Position numbers and translations under genes: made by a program. A stretch of DNA of 64,000 nt, taken from NCBI GenBank assembly GCA_948739805.1, contig CAPYID010000002.1:48295-112294 (forward strand). The letters are read 5' to 3'. Source of the stretch: an uncultured Clostridia bacterium (GTDB taxonomy: Bacteria; Bacillota; Clostridia; TANB77; CAG-508). The notes beneath the pieces were generated by a model. That model had not been told where the DNA came from and searched no databases. It saw only the letters and a list, made by a program, of their open reading frames with translations. Below, in pieces: positions 28,705-39,646 of the stretch (positions within the stretch are counted from its first letter, which is position 1; the number at the start of each line of letters is the position of its first letter).

Positions 28705-29154
28705 TTAATAAATCCAGCACTCAACTGTTCCACTACCTGTATTACCTATAACTTCGATATAAATTCTATAATTACCAGGTTCTACATTAATCATAGGAAT
28801 ATTGGTATACTCTGTGCTTGGTCCAAAACTTTTCCAGCCGATTTTTTCTACATCCTGGCTACCATCATTTGGTCCAACATGATAGCAAACACGAAGCTGG
28901 AGCTGCGTATTTTCTGGGAAGCCACTTGTTTTTAGTGTACACCCAGCCCAGGGACTCCAAGAGCCACTTACTTCTATTGGAATATAAACATTTTGCTCTT
29001 TGGAAATATTAATTGGTATATTTTGCGAAACATACCCAGACAAAGAACCATATGGTACAATTCCATCATTAGCATCAGAAATATCGGTACAGTTAGATAC
29101 TTCAGCAGCTAATACACAGTTTGAAGACATAGCAATAGTAATAACTAATGCCAT
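28705..29154 (-). CDS. small secreted protein of unknown function (signal peptide; beta-rich)
   Basis: MALVITIAMSSNCVLAAEVSN signal-like N-terminus. 149 aa. No motif recognised. Confidence 0.45.
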   Translation of the reverse strand: MALVITIAMSSNCVLAAEVSNCTDISDANDGIVPYGSLSGYVSQNIPINISKEQNVYIPIEVSGSWSPWAGCTLKTSGFPENTQLQLRVCYHVGPNDGSQDVEKIGWKSFGPSTEYTNIPMINVEPGNYRIYIEVIGNTGSGTVECWIY

Positions 29155-29388
29155 ACAAAAGGAGTAATAAAATTATTTAGGCGAAGCCTTAAAAATAACA
29201 AAATAAAATTGCAAATATATGGAAGTTAAAACATAATTATAAAGTAAATTTTACAAATTGTCTAGTAAATATGGAAAGAAAGTGAAATAAAAGGAAGAAA
29301 GTGGAAAAAAAATTGCTATATTTTGTAATATTTATTGTAATAATTTACTCTATTGTATATAATCAATATAACAAAGGGGGGAATTAAT

Positions 29389-30300
29389 TTGAATACTAGT
29401 ATATTACAATGTGACAATGTATATAAAAAGATTGGCAAAAAAAACATATTAAATGGAATTAATTTAGAAATTAATGAAGGGGAAATTTTGGCATTTATTG
29501 GGCCAAATGGAGCAGGGAAGACTACCACAATAAAAGTGATTTTAGGATTACAGAAAATTACTAATGGAAAGATAAAAATAAATGGATTTGATATAAAAAA
29601 AGATTTTATTAATGCAATAAAAAAAGTTGGTGCAATAGTAGAAAACCCAGATTTATATATGTATATGTCTGGATATGACAACTTAAAAATAGTAAAAGAT
29701 TATTATAATAATATATCAGAAGAAAGAATAAATGAAGTGGTTCATATTGTAGGGCTAGAAAACAGAATAAAAGACAAAGTATGTAAATACTCTTTGGGAA
29801 TGAGACAGAGATTGGGAATAGCTCAGGCAATTTTGCATAAACCAAATTTATTAATATTAGACGAGCCTACAAATGGTTTAGACCCGGAAGGAATTATCGA
29901 AATAAGAGAGTTATTAAAAAGGTTATCACACAATGAAAATATGTCGATTCTAATTTCAAGCCATAATTTAAGTGAATTAGAGAATATATGTAGTAAAGTT
30001 TGTATTATAAAAAATGGAACTATAATTGAAGAAACTACTATTAATAAGCTAAAAAATGAGGGACAAGAAGAATGCTATATTCTGGAAACAAGTAATACAA
30101 GTATGGCAATAAACTATATAAGAGAAAAATTTGAGATGATTGACCAAAATAATATCAAAATATATACAAGTAAATCAAATCTTCCTAATATAAGAAAAAC
30201 GTTAGAGCAAAATGATATAGCAGTTTATACTATAACAAAAATAAATAGCTCATTAGAAGAAGCATTCTTAAAAAGAATAGGAGGTAATAAAATTGATTAG
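29389..30300 (+). CDS. ABC transporter ATP-binding protein (ABC-2/antibiotic-export type)
   Basis: Walker A GPNGAGKTT, signature LGMRQRLG, Walker B LLILDEPTNGLD. TTG start at 29389 after RBS AAAGGGGGG preferred over the ORF-track start. Confidence 0.75.
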   Translation: MNTSILQCDNVYKKIGKKNILNGINLEINEGEILAFIGPNGAGKTTTIKVILGLQKITNGKIKINGFDIKKDFINAIKKVGAIVENPDLYMYMSGYDNLKIVKDYYNNISEERINEVVHIVGLENRIKDKVCKYSLGMRQRLGIAQAILHKPNLLILDEPTNGLDPEGIIEIRELLKRLSHNENMSILISSHNLSELENICSKVCIIKNGTIIEETTINKLKNEGQEECYILETSNTSMAINYIREKFEMIDQNNIKIYTSKSNLPNIRKTLEQNDIAVYTITKINSSLEEAFLKRIGGNKID

Positions 30301-31840
30301 ATTAATTAAAAATGAATTAAGAAAAATATTTAAGAAAAAAACAATATATATATTATTCATCATTACAACAATAGTAATATTAACTAATACAATTGTAGGA
30401 GTAAGTATTTATGAAGGAAAAATGATAGACCATAGTCTAGAGGAAATTAAGAATGAAAGAGAAGAAATGCAAGAAAGATTAAAGAATTTGGATTATACTA
30501 ATAGAAGTCAAATAGATGAATATATAGAAACAAAAACAAAATTAGAAATTGCTGAATTAAGCTTAAAATATGAGTATGGTTCTTGGCAAGAACGAGCAAT
30601 TAGTAGCTATGAGTATGAATTACAAGATATAATAAGAAATATAAATCTATATACATATAAAAATCAAAATAAAGAACAATTAGATATAACAAAGAAAAAG
30701 TATGATGAAGTTTTGTATTTACTAGATAAATGCGATTGGAAAGAATTTGCTAAATTTGAGCAAAAAGAAACTAATAATCAAATATCAAAATTAGAAGAAA
30801 GCAAAAAAAATAATAATCAACAAATTGATAAAAGAAATAATGAAATGTCTATAAATAATACTGGAAATCCAATGGAAATAACAGATTTTATTAATCAGAA
30901 TTCAACTATTAGTATAGAAGAACAAATATCAAGATATAAATCTAAAAAGGAAATTTTAGATATTAGGATAAAAGAAGATATTAGTTATGCATTTAGTGAT
31001 AGGAACACATTACTTTTAGAGTATAAAAGAACTGAAAATAGTTTCAAACAAATGTATGATAATAAAAATTATGATGAAATGGAATATGCTCAGAAAATAA
31101 AGTATAATGAAGATTTAGCTAATGTTAAAAAACTAGAATATATGTTATATAATAAAATTCCAACACTTAATAAAGACAACTCAAGAGATATGCTAAAGAA
31201 TTCTCTTAAATATTATGAAATTTTGATTATTACAATAACAATTATAGTATCTGTTTCTATAATAAGTGATGAAATTAATAAAGGAACAATAAAATTATTA
31301 TTAATAAAACCTTTTAGTAGAGGAAAAATACTTCTGGCAAAATTTATTACTTGTATAATTATAATGATACTTACTGTAGTATTTATATTAATAGTTCAGT
31401 GTTTAGCTGGTGGAATTATTTATGGCTTTTCTGATTATTTAGTTCCAATAATGGAATATGATTTTGGGACTAATAAGGTAATAGAAGTAAATATAGTTAG
31501 TGGTTTAATTACATCATTAATAGCAAAATTACCAATGTATATATTAATTTTAGCTATAACATTTGGAGTTAGTACAATTACAGCAAACACTCCATTATCA
31601 ATCATAATAGGGATTTTATTATATTTATCAAAAAACTTAATACAGGTAAATGAAAACATGAAAATTAACAAATACTTTTTAGCGACTAATTGGGATTTTA
31701 CTAGATATTTATATGGAGCATTACCAGAAGCCGAATTTTTAAATGAAAGCTTTTCAGCAATACTGTGTGTCATTTATTTTATAATTGTAATAGGTATAAC
31801 ATTTACAACTTTTAAACAAAAAGATATAAGAAATGTGTAA
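30293..31840 (+). CDS. ABC-2-type permease with long N-terminal extracytoplasmic coiled-coil domain
   Basis: Overlaps the ATPase stop. C-terminal six TM segments. Confidence 0.55.
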   Translation: MIRLIKNELRKIFKKKTIYILFIITTIVILTNTIVGVSIYEGKMIDHSLEEIKNEREEMQERLKNLDYTNRSQIDEYIETKTKLEIAELSLKYEYGSWQERAISSYEYELQDIIRNINLYTYKNQNKEQLDITKKKYDEVLYLLDKCDWKEFAKFEQKETNNQISKLEESKKNNNQQIDKRNNEMSINNTGNPMEITDFINQNSTISIEEQISRYKSKKEILDIRIKEDISYAFSDRNTLLLEYKRTENSFKQMYDNKNYDEMEYAQKIKYNEDLANVKKLEYMLYNKIPTLNKDNSRDMLKNSLKYYEILIITITIIVSVSIISDEINKGTIKLLLIKPFSRGKILLAKFITCIIIMILTVVFILIVQCLAGGIIYGFSDYLVPIMEYDFGTNKVIEVNIVSGLITSLIAKLPMYILILAITFGVSTITANTPLSIIIGILLYLSKNLIQVNENMKINKYFLATNWDFTRYLYGALPEAEFLNESFSAILCVIYFIIVIGITFTTFKQKDIRNV

Positions 31841-31898
31841 TGCCAATGCCAATAGGGACGGAGAATTTTGCCAATAGGGACGGAGAATTTTGGCAATT
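31841..31898 (+). repeat. tandem direct repeat, 23-nt unit GCCAATAGGGACGGAGAATTTTG x2 plus a partial copy
   Basis: TGCCAATGCCAATAGGGACGGAGAATTTTGCCAATAGGGACGGAGAATTTTGGCAATTTC seen directly. Confidence 0.6.
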
Positions 31899-31954
31899 TC
31901 TCTGGGTGTTTTTGAGTAAGGAGATAAAAAACAAAACTGTCAGGGTAATTTAAT

Positions 31955-31986
31955 AATATTTCTGTAATATGATTAAATTTCCCTGT
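31955..31986 (+). repeat. 32-nt conserved intergenic motif AATATTTCTGTAATATGATTAAATT(T/A)CCCTGT, copy A (copy B at 49888-49919)
   Basis: 31/32 identity between the two copies. Both lie 40-100 nt upstream of the next gene (ddh, miaB). Confidence 0.6.
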
Positions 31987-32086
31987 GGCATATCTTGCAA
32001 TTATTAACAAAATATATTATAATTAACAAGCCGATACAAAAAATTTAATATCGGAGCATTATAATGCTCCAGAAAGGACAACAATT

Positions 32087-33076
32087 ATGGGAAAAATTAA
32101 AATTGCAATCTATGGCTTTGGAAATTTAGGCAAAGGTGTAGTGGAGGCAATCAAGCAGAATCCAGACATGGAATTGGTAGCTATATTCACTAGGAGGAAT
32201 CCAGCGGAAATCGCCTCACAAGTGAATAACGATCAAATATCAGTAATATCAGCTAGTAGCGTTAGCTACTACAAAAGTGTTATTGATGTAATGATTGCAT
32301 GTGGGGGATCTGCGACAGACTTACCAGAGCAAACACCAGCGCTAGCAAAAATGTTTAATGTAGTGGATAGCTTTGACACACATGCAAAAATACCAGAGCA
32401 TTATGCAAGAGTTGATGAGGAAGCAAAAAGAGCAGGAACCATCGGCATCATATCATGTGGCTGGGATCCAGGAATGTTCTCATTAAACAGGCTTTATGCA
32501 GATGTAATATTACCAAAAGGCAATACATATACTTTCTGGGGAAAAGGGGTGAGCCAAGGGCACTCCGATGCGATACGTCGTATTAAAGGAGTGAAGGACG
32601 CTCGTCAGTACACAATACCAATAGAAGAAGCTGTAAACCGTGTAAGGAACGGAGAAAACCCAAAATTAACAACAAGAGAAAAGCATTTAAGAGAATGTTT
32701 TGTAGTTGCCGAGGAAGGAGCAGACAAGGCAAAAATCGAGGCAGAAATAAAAAATATGCCTAACTATTTTGCAGATTATGATACAACAGTTCATTTCATA
32801 AGTGAAGAAGAACTATTAAAAGAACATTCAGAATTGCCTCATGGTGGTAATGTACTTCGAAGCGGGGAAACAGGAAATGGACATAAGCATGTAATTGAGT
32901 ATAAACTAAAACTTGAGTCTAATCCTGAATTTACTGCAAACATTCTTGTAGCAGCTGCAAGAGCAGCATATCGTATGAACAAAAATGGCGAAAGCGGAGC
33001 AAGAACGATGTTTGCTATTCCGCCACAACTGTTAAGTCCATTATCAGAAGAGGAATTAATAAAAACTTTGTTATAA
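32087..33076 (+). CDS. ddh: meso-diaminopimelate D-dehydrogenase
   Basis: IAIYGFGNLGKGV Rossmann N-terminus. About 329 aa. Family-typical GWDPG segment. Confidence 0.7.
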   Translation: MGKIKIAIYGFGNLGKGVVEAIKQNPDMELVAIFTRRNPAEIASQVNNDQISVISASSVSYYKSVIDVMIACGGSATDLPEQTPALAKMFNVVDSFDTHAKIPEHYARVDEEAKRAGTIGIISCGWDPGMFSLNRLYADVILPKGNTYTFWGKGVSQGHSDAIRRIKGVKDARQYTIPIEEAVNRVRNGENPKLTTREKHLRECFVVAEEGADKAKIEAEIKNMPNYFADYDTTVHFISEEELLKEHSELPHGGNVLRSGETGNGHKHVIEYKLKLESNPEFTANILVAAARAAYRMNKNGESGARTMFAIPPQLLSPLSEEELIKTLL

Positions 33077-33267
33077 GTTTATTATAAGAATTACATTCCC
33101 ATAGAATGAACAGAGAAGAATATGGTGCGATAGACTATTTTCTTCTCTGTTTTTTGCTATTGATTTGCATATGTAAATATAGAAAATTAATATAATATAA
33201 AAAAAATATAGACAAATAATATAACAAGTGTTATAATATAACAAAAGTTATAAGAAAGGGGGATTTA

Positions 33268-33849
33268 ATGCCAGGTGTAAAAAAGATACAAAAAGAAGAT
33301 ATTTTAAATACTGCTTTAGATATTGTAAGAAAAGAAGGAATACAAAGTGTTCAAGCCAGAAATATTGCTAAAAAATTAAACTGTTCAACACAACCAATTT
33401 TCTACCAATTTAAGAATATGGAAGAACTAAAAGAAGAATTATTAAAAAAGATAATAGAAGTTTACAGAGAATATTTGGCAGTAGACGAAAAAGCACCACA
33501 TCTATATAGGCAAATTGGAGAAGGTTATATTAGATTTGCAAAACAAGAACCAAAACTTTTTGAGCTAATATTTATGAGTCCCAATAACCTAACAACAAAA
33601 AACTTTATCACACAAGATGAAAAAGTTTATAATGATATTTTAAAATATGTGGGTGCTGTAACAGGGATAACTTCGGAAGAAGAGATAAAAAGTTTTCATG
33701 CAAAAATGTGGACTTTTACACATGGAATAGCAACAATGATAGTAACAAAGACCTGTGAAATCCCAGAAGAACAAATAATTGAAATGCTAACAGAAGAATT
33801 TAAAGCTCTTATGTTTTTATATTCTAGTAAAGTTATCCCAGAGGGATAA
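33268..33849 (+). CDS. TetR-family transcriptional regulator
   Basis: N-terminal HTH ILNTALDIVRKEGIQSVQARNIAKKLNCSTQPIFYQF. Confidence 0.75.
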   Translation: MPGVKKIQKEDILNTALDIVRKEGIQSVQARNIAKKLNCSTQPIFYQFKNMEELKEELLKKIIEVYREYLAVDEKAPHLYRQIGEGYIRFAKQEPKLFELIFMSPNNLTTKNFITQDEKVYNDILKYVGAVTGITSEEEIKSFHAKMWTFTHGIATMIVTKTCEIPEEQIIEMLTEEFKALMFLYSSKVIPEG

Positions 33850-33948
33850 CTTTACATAAAATAAAATTATGTGAATTATTAGAGTTTCTTTGTGGTTATT
33901 ACCGCTTAGAAATTTTTAAAATTTGTCTTTTAGAAAGGAGAAAAATAA

Positions 33949-34888
33949 ATGAATAACATAATAGAAATCAAAAATCTAACAAAACAATACAAAGGATTAA
34001 AGGCTATAGACAATTTATCATTCGAAGTACATGAAGGAGAAATATTAGGACTATTACGGACCAAATGGAAGTGGTAAATCTACAACAATAAACTGTATAT
34101 TATCACTATTAAATTTTAGTGAAGGAAGTATAAAGATATTTCAAAAAGAAATGAGTCCAGATGCATATGATATAAAAGAAAAATTAGGAGTTGTATTCCA
34201 GGATGTAGCAGTATTTGAAGAACTAACAGTATATGAAAATATAGACTATTTCTGTGGATTATATATAAAGGATAAAGAGAAAAGAAAACAATATATAGAA
34301 GAAGCGATAGAACTAGTGGGACTAGAAGAATTTAAAAAATTTCACCCAAAACAATTATCAGGTGGGCTTTTAAGAAGATTAAATATAGCATGTGGAATAG
34401 CACATAAACCAAAATTAATATTTTTAGACGAACCAACTGTTGCAGTTGATCCACAAAGTAGAAACAACATATTAGATGGAATTCAAAAATTAAGAGACAA
34501 TGGAGCAACAATAGTGTATACGACACATTATATGGAAGAAGTTGAAATAATCTGTGATAGAGTAATTATCTTAGATAAAGGTAAAGTATTAGCGACAGGA
34601 ACAACAGATGAACTAAAAGAGCTAGCAAAAATAGAAGAAAAAGTAACGGTAGAAGTTAATGATTTAAATGAAGAATATATAGAAAAAATGAGAAAATTAG
34701 AGAATGTAGATGAAGTAACATATAATGGAAACATATTACTTGTTACATATAAAAAAGGCAAAAACAACTTAGTAGAATTAATTGATTATCTAAAAAAAGA
34801 GAGTATTAAATATAACAAGATTTATTCAGAAAGACCAACACTTAATGATGTATTCTTAGAATTAACAGGAAAGGAACTTAGAGATTAA
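33949..34888 (+). pseudogene. ABC transporter ATP-binding protein gene split by a +1 frameshift in the Walker A region (extra C at 34057)
   Basis: Frame from 33949: MNNIIEIKNLTKQYKGLKAIDNLSFEVHEGEILGLLRTKWKW*. Deleting the C restores ...GLLGPNGSGKSTTINCI..., which joins the 34151-34888 ORF (signature LSGGLLRRL, Walker B LIFLDEPT). Confidence 0.65.
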
Positions 34889-36078
34889 TGTTTATGCACA
34901 ACTTTAAATATGCCTTAAAAACTCTCTTTAGGGATAGAATGCTAATATTTTGGACCTTTGCCTTTCCAATTATATTAGGAGCCTTTTTCAATATGGCATT
35001 TTCAAATATTGAAAACAGTGAAAAATTAGAAATAATAAATATAGCAATAATAGACAATGATGAATTTCAAAATAATGAATTATATAAACAAGCATTTAAA
35101 ACATTAAGTGATGAAGAAAATAAAGATAGACTATTTAATACAAAGTATGTTACAGAAGAAGAAGCAAAAGATCTATTAGAAAAAGACGAAATAACAGGAT
35201 ATATGTTATTAGAAGAAGATACCCCTAAAATAGTAGTTACTACAAGTGGAATCAATGAAACAATTTTAAAATATGTAGTAGAAGAGATAGTAACAAATGG
35301 TGAAATAGTTGAAAATATAATGGAAAAAGAAATACAAAATGGAATAGGGGCAGGAATTTATAACTTATACAATTTAGACTATGAAAAAATATATAAAAAT
35401 GTATTAGAAAAAACACAAAATCAAGATGTAAAAATAAAAGATATATCAAATAACAATTTAAGTTATACAATGATAGAATTTTATACTTTAATTGCAATGG
35501 CTTGCTTATATGGTGGGATACTTGGAATGGTTGCTATTAATAAAAATTTAGCCAACATGAGTAACAATGGAAAAAGAGTATCAGTAGCACCTACACCAAA
35601 AGGAAAAGTCATTTTTAGTAGTATTCTAGCAAGTTATATAACACAATTAATAGGTTTAACTTTATTATTTATTTTTACGATATTTGTATTAAAAGTAGAT
35701 TATGGAACTAATTTGCCACTAATAATATTATTAGGAATAGTAGGAAGTCTAGCTGGACTATCAATGGGAGTAGCAATTGGAACAATACTTAAGTCAAATG
35801 AAAATGTAAAAATAGGAATTATTATAGCAGTTACAATGCTAGGATGTTTTTTATCTGGAATGATGGGAATTACAATGAAGTATATAATTGATACAAATTT
35901 ACCTATTGTCAATAAAATAAATCCTGCTAGTATGATAACAGATGGGTTTTATTCATTATATTATTATGATACCTTAGATAGATATTATTTTAATATAATA
36001 AGTCTGTTAGTTTTCAGTCTTATTATGATTATAGTATCGTATACAAGTTTAAGGAGGCAGAAATTTGAAAGCTTATAG
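34888..36078 (+). CDS. ABC-2 family transporter permease
   Basis: Start overlaps the ATPase stop. Six predicted TM helices. Confidence 0.55.
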   Translation: MFMHNFKYALKTLFRDRMLIFWTFAFPIILGAFFNMAFSNIENSEKLEIINIAIIDNDEFQNNELYKQAFKTLSDEENKDRLFNTKYVTEEEAKDLLEKDEITGYMLLEEDTPKIVVTTSGINETILKYVVEEIVTNGEIVENIMEKEIQNGIGAGIYNLYNLDYEKIYKNVLEKTQNQDVKIKDISNNNLSYTMIEFYTLIAMACLYGGILGMVAINKNLANMSNNGKRVSVAPTPKGKVIFSSILASYITQLIGLTLLFIFTIFVLKVDYGTNLPLIILLGIVGSLAGLSMGVAIGTILKSNENVKIGIIIAVTMLGCFLSGMMGITMKYIIDTNLPIVNKINPASMITDGFYSLYYYDTLDRYYFNIISLLVFSLIMIIVSYTSLRRQKFESL

Positions 36079-36211
36079 CCATCTTGCGTCGTTACACTTC
36101 ATTAAAAATCTAATCAACGTACAATAGTACGCCTCATAGATTTTTAATTTGTGTGCCTAGCAATATAACTATAATTTTCCAAATTATTTAAGTCTAGGAA
36201 AGGAAAAAGAT

Positions 36212-37360
36212 ATGATAGTATTTAAAACATTTTTAAAAGTATTAAATAAAAGTAAAATGCCTATTATTTTGTATACAGTAATATTAGTTTTCTTTGGAGC
36301 ATTTAATATGCAGACAAGTGAAAATAGTACAAACTTTGTAGCAAGTAAACCAGACATTTTAATTATAAATAAAGATAAAGAAGAAGGGATAACTAAAAAC
36401 CTAATAGAGTATATAAAAGAAAATAGTAATATAAAAGAAATAGAAAATAATGAACAAGCAATAGATGATGCATTATTTTATAGAGAAGTAAACTATATTA
36501 TATATATACCAGAAAACTATAGACAAAAATTTCTAAATGGAGAAAATCCAGAAATTGAGATAAAAAGTACAGGAGACTATCAATCAAGCTTTGCAGAAAT
36601 GATGTTACAAAGATACATACAAATAGCCAATATATATAAAGAAAACATAGAAGATGAAGATGAGCTAATAAATAAGATAAATGAAACATTATCAAAACAA
36701 ACAGAAATACAAATTACATCTAAATTAGATACAAATAACTTAGCTAAAGCATCATTTTACTATAATTTCGCAAATTATAGTATATTAGCAGGTTGTGTTT
36801 ATGTAATATGTTTAATATTATCTAGTTTCAAAGAAGAAAAGATAGCAAAAAGAACAATTATAAGTAGTATGAACTTTAGAAAGTACAATTTACAATTATT
36901 ATTATCAAATAGTCTATTTGCAATAATATTGTGGATATTTTATATAGCATTAAGTTTCATATTAGTTGGAGATATAATGTTTACTATACATGGACTAATG
37001 TACATTATAAACTCATTAATATTTACAATCTGTGCCTTAACAATATCATTTTTAATAGGAAACTTAGTAAGAAACAAAAATGCAATAAATGGAATTATAA
37101 ATGTTGTAGCATTAGGATCAAGTTTCTTATGTGGTGCATTTGTACCATTAGAATGGCTACCAGACACTGTCATAAAAATTGCTCACATATTACCATCATA
37201 CTATTATATAAGTAGTAATGAGATGATATCAGATTTAGAAGTAATAAATTTTGAAACAATAAAACCAGTATTAACAAACATGGGAATTATTTTAATATTT
37301 GCAATTGGATTTACAATTATTACTAATATAGTCTCTAGACACAAAAGAAAAATTGGATAA
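36212..37360 (+). CDS. ABC-2 family transporter permease (second membrane subunit)
   Basis: Same architecture as the preceding gene. Confidence 0.5.
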   Translation: MIVFKTFLKVLNKSKMPIILYTVILVFFGAFNMQTSENSTNFVASKPDILIINKDKEEGITKNLIEYIKENSNIKEIENNEQAIDDALFYREVNYIIYIPENYRQKFLNGENPEIEIKSTGDYQSSFAEMMLQRYIQIANIYKENIEDEDELINKINETLSKQTEIQITSKLDTNNLAKASFYYNFANYSILAGCVYVICLILSSFKEEKIAKRTIISSMNFRKYNLQLLLSNSLFAIILWIFYIALSFILVGDIMFTIHGLMYIINSLIFTICALTISFLIGNLVRNKNAINGIINVVALGSSFLCGAFVPLEWLPDTVIKIAHILPSYYYISSNEMISDLEVINFETIKPVLTNMGIILIFAIGFTIITNIVSRHKRKIG

Positions 37361-37444
37361 AAATTAATTGACAACATCGAATAAAAGTGCTATTATTTTT
37401 AAGTAAATAATAAAATTTGTAATTGTGAGTTTGGAGCGAAAAAA

Positions 37445-37864
37445 ATGGGAAGGATGTTAACACAAGCAAACCTAAATAAAACCAAGATATTTTTATATGT
37501 ATTGTGTAGAGTAATAATAGTTATAATTATATGTCTAGCAGGAGTAAGAGGATTTAATGGATTAAAAGAATGGTTTAGTAGCTTTGCGGGGATAATGAAA
37601 TTTTCCATACTATTTATAATAGGAATGGCAATAGGATTATATCCACTTATACATTTAAGAGATTCTTTAGCATTTTATGAAAATGGTATATCTGTAAATG
37701 GGAGAGAATATCTATTTTCAGACATTGGAGACATTACTTTTTGTGACTATCGTTCAGGAATTATGACCCAACAACTCATGAAAACGAATTTACGCAATTT
37801 TAATGTAACATATATAGAAAAACCTAAAAAAGCATATAATGAGGCATACTTAAATCAAGTTTAA
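37445..37864 (+). CDS. hypothetical membrane protein
   Basis: 139 aa with two hydrophobic helices. Confidence 0.4.
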   Translation: MGRMLTQANLNKTKIFLYVLCRVIIVIIICLAGVRGFNGLKEWFSSFAGIMKFSILFIIGMAIGLYPLIHLRDSLAFYENGISVNGREYLFSDIGDITFCDYRSGIMTQQLMKTNLRNFNVTYIEKPKKAYNEAYLNQV

Positions 37865-37885
37865 TAGAAAACGGAGGAAAAGAAA

Positions 37886-38479
37886 GTGGAAACTAAGTAT
37901 ATTATAATTGGTGTTGTAGTAATAGTGGTACTATTTGTATTTTATTACATAAAAATAACAATAGATGAGAAAAAAGGACAAAACAGTGAAGAAAAGCAAA
38001 AAGTTAAAGACATAATTAAAAAGATTACACCAGAAGGAGAAGACTATACAGCACTATATGCAGTATGGGAAAAAATTGACATCGGTGGAGGAGGAAGAAC
38101 TGTTACAACCACAACACATTATTGGTACTATGCAGTAGGATTTAAGCCAGGGGAACTTTATGTAGTACCATTATCATTTGATGGTGGGGACATTAGTTAT
38201 GGTGAACCTATGAACTTTACAAAAGAGAATACAGGAATGATAAATGCTAAAGAAGGGGACAGCTGGATGAGCATTTATGATTTAGAAGGAAAAGAAATTG
38301 TATCAGTTTTAGCAGGACCAAGCAACACTAAAGACGACAAATATCACCCAGTAAATATCCAACAAAAGGAAGAATATGAGGCGTTTTGCGCATTTATAAA
38401 AGAATTTATGAAAGAAGTAAACGATTATCATAATGTTACAGTTACAGGAAAAGTTGGGAAACCATTAGCAAAAAAATAG
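37886..38479 (+). CDS. hypothetical protein with N-terminal membrane anchor
   Basis: GTG start after GGAGG RBS. 197 aa. Confidence 0.4.
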   Translation: METKYIIIGVVVIVVLFVFYYIKITIDEKKGQNSEEKQKVKDIIKKITPEGEDYTALYAVWEKIDIGGGGRTVTTTTHYWYYAVGFKPGELYVVPLSFDGGDISYGEPMNFTKENTGMINAKEGDSWMSIYDLEGKEIVSVLAGPSNTKDDKYHPVNIQQKEEYEAFCAFIKEFMKEVNDYHNVTVTGKVGKPLAKK

Positions 38480-38622
38480 ATAAAATTATAAATTAAAATT
38501 CACCAAATATTACAAAAATGTAAATTTGGTGAATTTTCTATAAAAGTACAAATACTACTTGAAAAAATGAGAGTTAAAATATAAAATAATATAGAAAGTT
38601 TTATTAAGGGGGAAAAATAAAA

Positions 38623-39627
38623 ATGTCAATTTTGGTAACAGGTGGAACAGGATATATAGGAAGCCATACAGTAGTTGAACTATTAGAATATGGTAAAGAT
38701 GTTATTATAATAGATGATTTATCAAATAGTAAAATAGAAGTATTAGATTCAATTAAGGAGATAACAAATAAAACTCCTAAATTTTACCAAATAAATTACT
38801 TAGATAAAGAAAAAATAAGAAAAGTATTTAAAGAACATGATATTGAAACAGTTATAAACTTTGCGGGATTTAAGGCAGTAGGAGAGTCTGTCGCTAAACC
38901 ATTAATGTATTATCACAACAATATTGGAGGAGCTATTAACTTATTAGAAGTAATGCAAGAATTTGGAGTTAAAAATTTCATTTTCAGTTCGTCTGCTACT
39001 GTATATGGTGACCCAAAAGTAACTCCTATTACTGAAGAATGTGAAGTAGGAGGAACAACTAATCCATATGGCACAAGCAAATTCATGATTGAAAAAATCT
39101 TAAAAGATTTATACAATTCAGATAATTCATGGAATATATGTATATTAAGATACTTTAATCCAGTTGGAGCACACCAAAGTGGGCTAATAGGAGAAAACCC
39201 TAATGGAATACCAAATAATTTAATGCCATATATTACGAAAGTAGCAAATGGAGAGCTTGAAATTTTAAGTGTATATGGAAATGATTATAGTACAAAAGAT
39301 GGGACAGGGGTAAGAGACTATATTCATGTTGTAGATTTGGCAAAAGGTCATATAAAAGCAATGGAAAAATTAGAAAAAGAAAAATCAGGATTATATATTT
39401 ATAATTTAGGTACAGGCACAGGATATAGTGTTTTAGAAATTATAGAAAATTTCCAGAAAGTAAATAATGTTAAAGTAAATTATAAAATAGTAGAAAGACG
39501 TCCAGGAGATATTGCAATATGTTATACAAATCCAGATAAAGCATTAAATGAACTCGAATGGAAAGCAGAAAAAGGAATAGAAGACATGTGTAGAGATTCT
39601 TGGAATTATATAAATAATAACAAATAG
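38623..39627 (+). CDS. galE: UDP-glucose 4-epimerase
   Basis: GGTGYIGSH Rossmann motif, YGTSK catalytic motif, NPVGAH. 334 aa. Confidence 0.85.
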   Translation: MSILVTGGTGYIGSHTVVELLEYGKDVIIIDDLSNSKIEVLDSIKEITNKTPKFYQINYLDKEKIRKVFKEHDIETVINFAGFKAVGESVAKPLMYYHNNIGGAINLLEVMQEFGVKNFIFSSSATVYGDPKVTPITEECEVGGTTNPYGTSKFMIEKILKDLYNSDNSWNICILRYFNPVGAHQSGLIGENPNGIPNNLMPYITKVANGELEILSVYGNDYSTKDGTGVRDYIHVVDLAKGHIKAMEKLEKEKSGLYIYNLGTGTGYSVLEIIENFQKVNNVKVNYKIVERRPGDIAICYTNPDKALNELEWKAEKGIEDMCRDSWNYINNNK

Positions 39628-39646
39628 ATAAGAAAAAGGTGATTAA

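Noticed and set aside
28818-29012. 64-aa plus-strand ORF antisense to the secreted-protein gene
   Set aside because: Fully embedded antisense to the better-supported minus-strand ORF, which has a signal peptide. No RBS.
31841-31898. CRISPR array
   Set aside because: Only about 2.3 contiguous repeat units with no spacers. No cas genes anywhere in the window.
31981-32000. Possible sigma-54 promoter (TGGCAT-N4-TGCA) upstream of ddh
   Set aside because: GG-to-GC spacing is 8 nt instead of the invariant 10 nt of -24/-12 promoters. Not conserved in the second copy of the surrounding 32-nt motif.
36931-37215. Overlapping plus and minus ORFs (94 and 77 aa) inside the ABC-2 permease gene
   Set aside because: Alternate-frame artefacts within a well-supported membrane-protein gene. 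Cys/Asn-rich nonsense translations.
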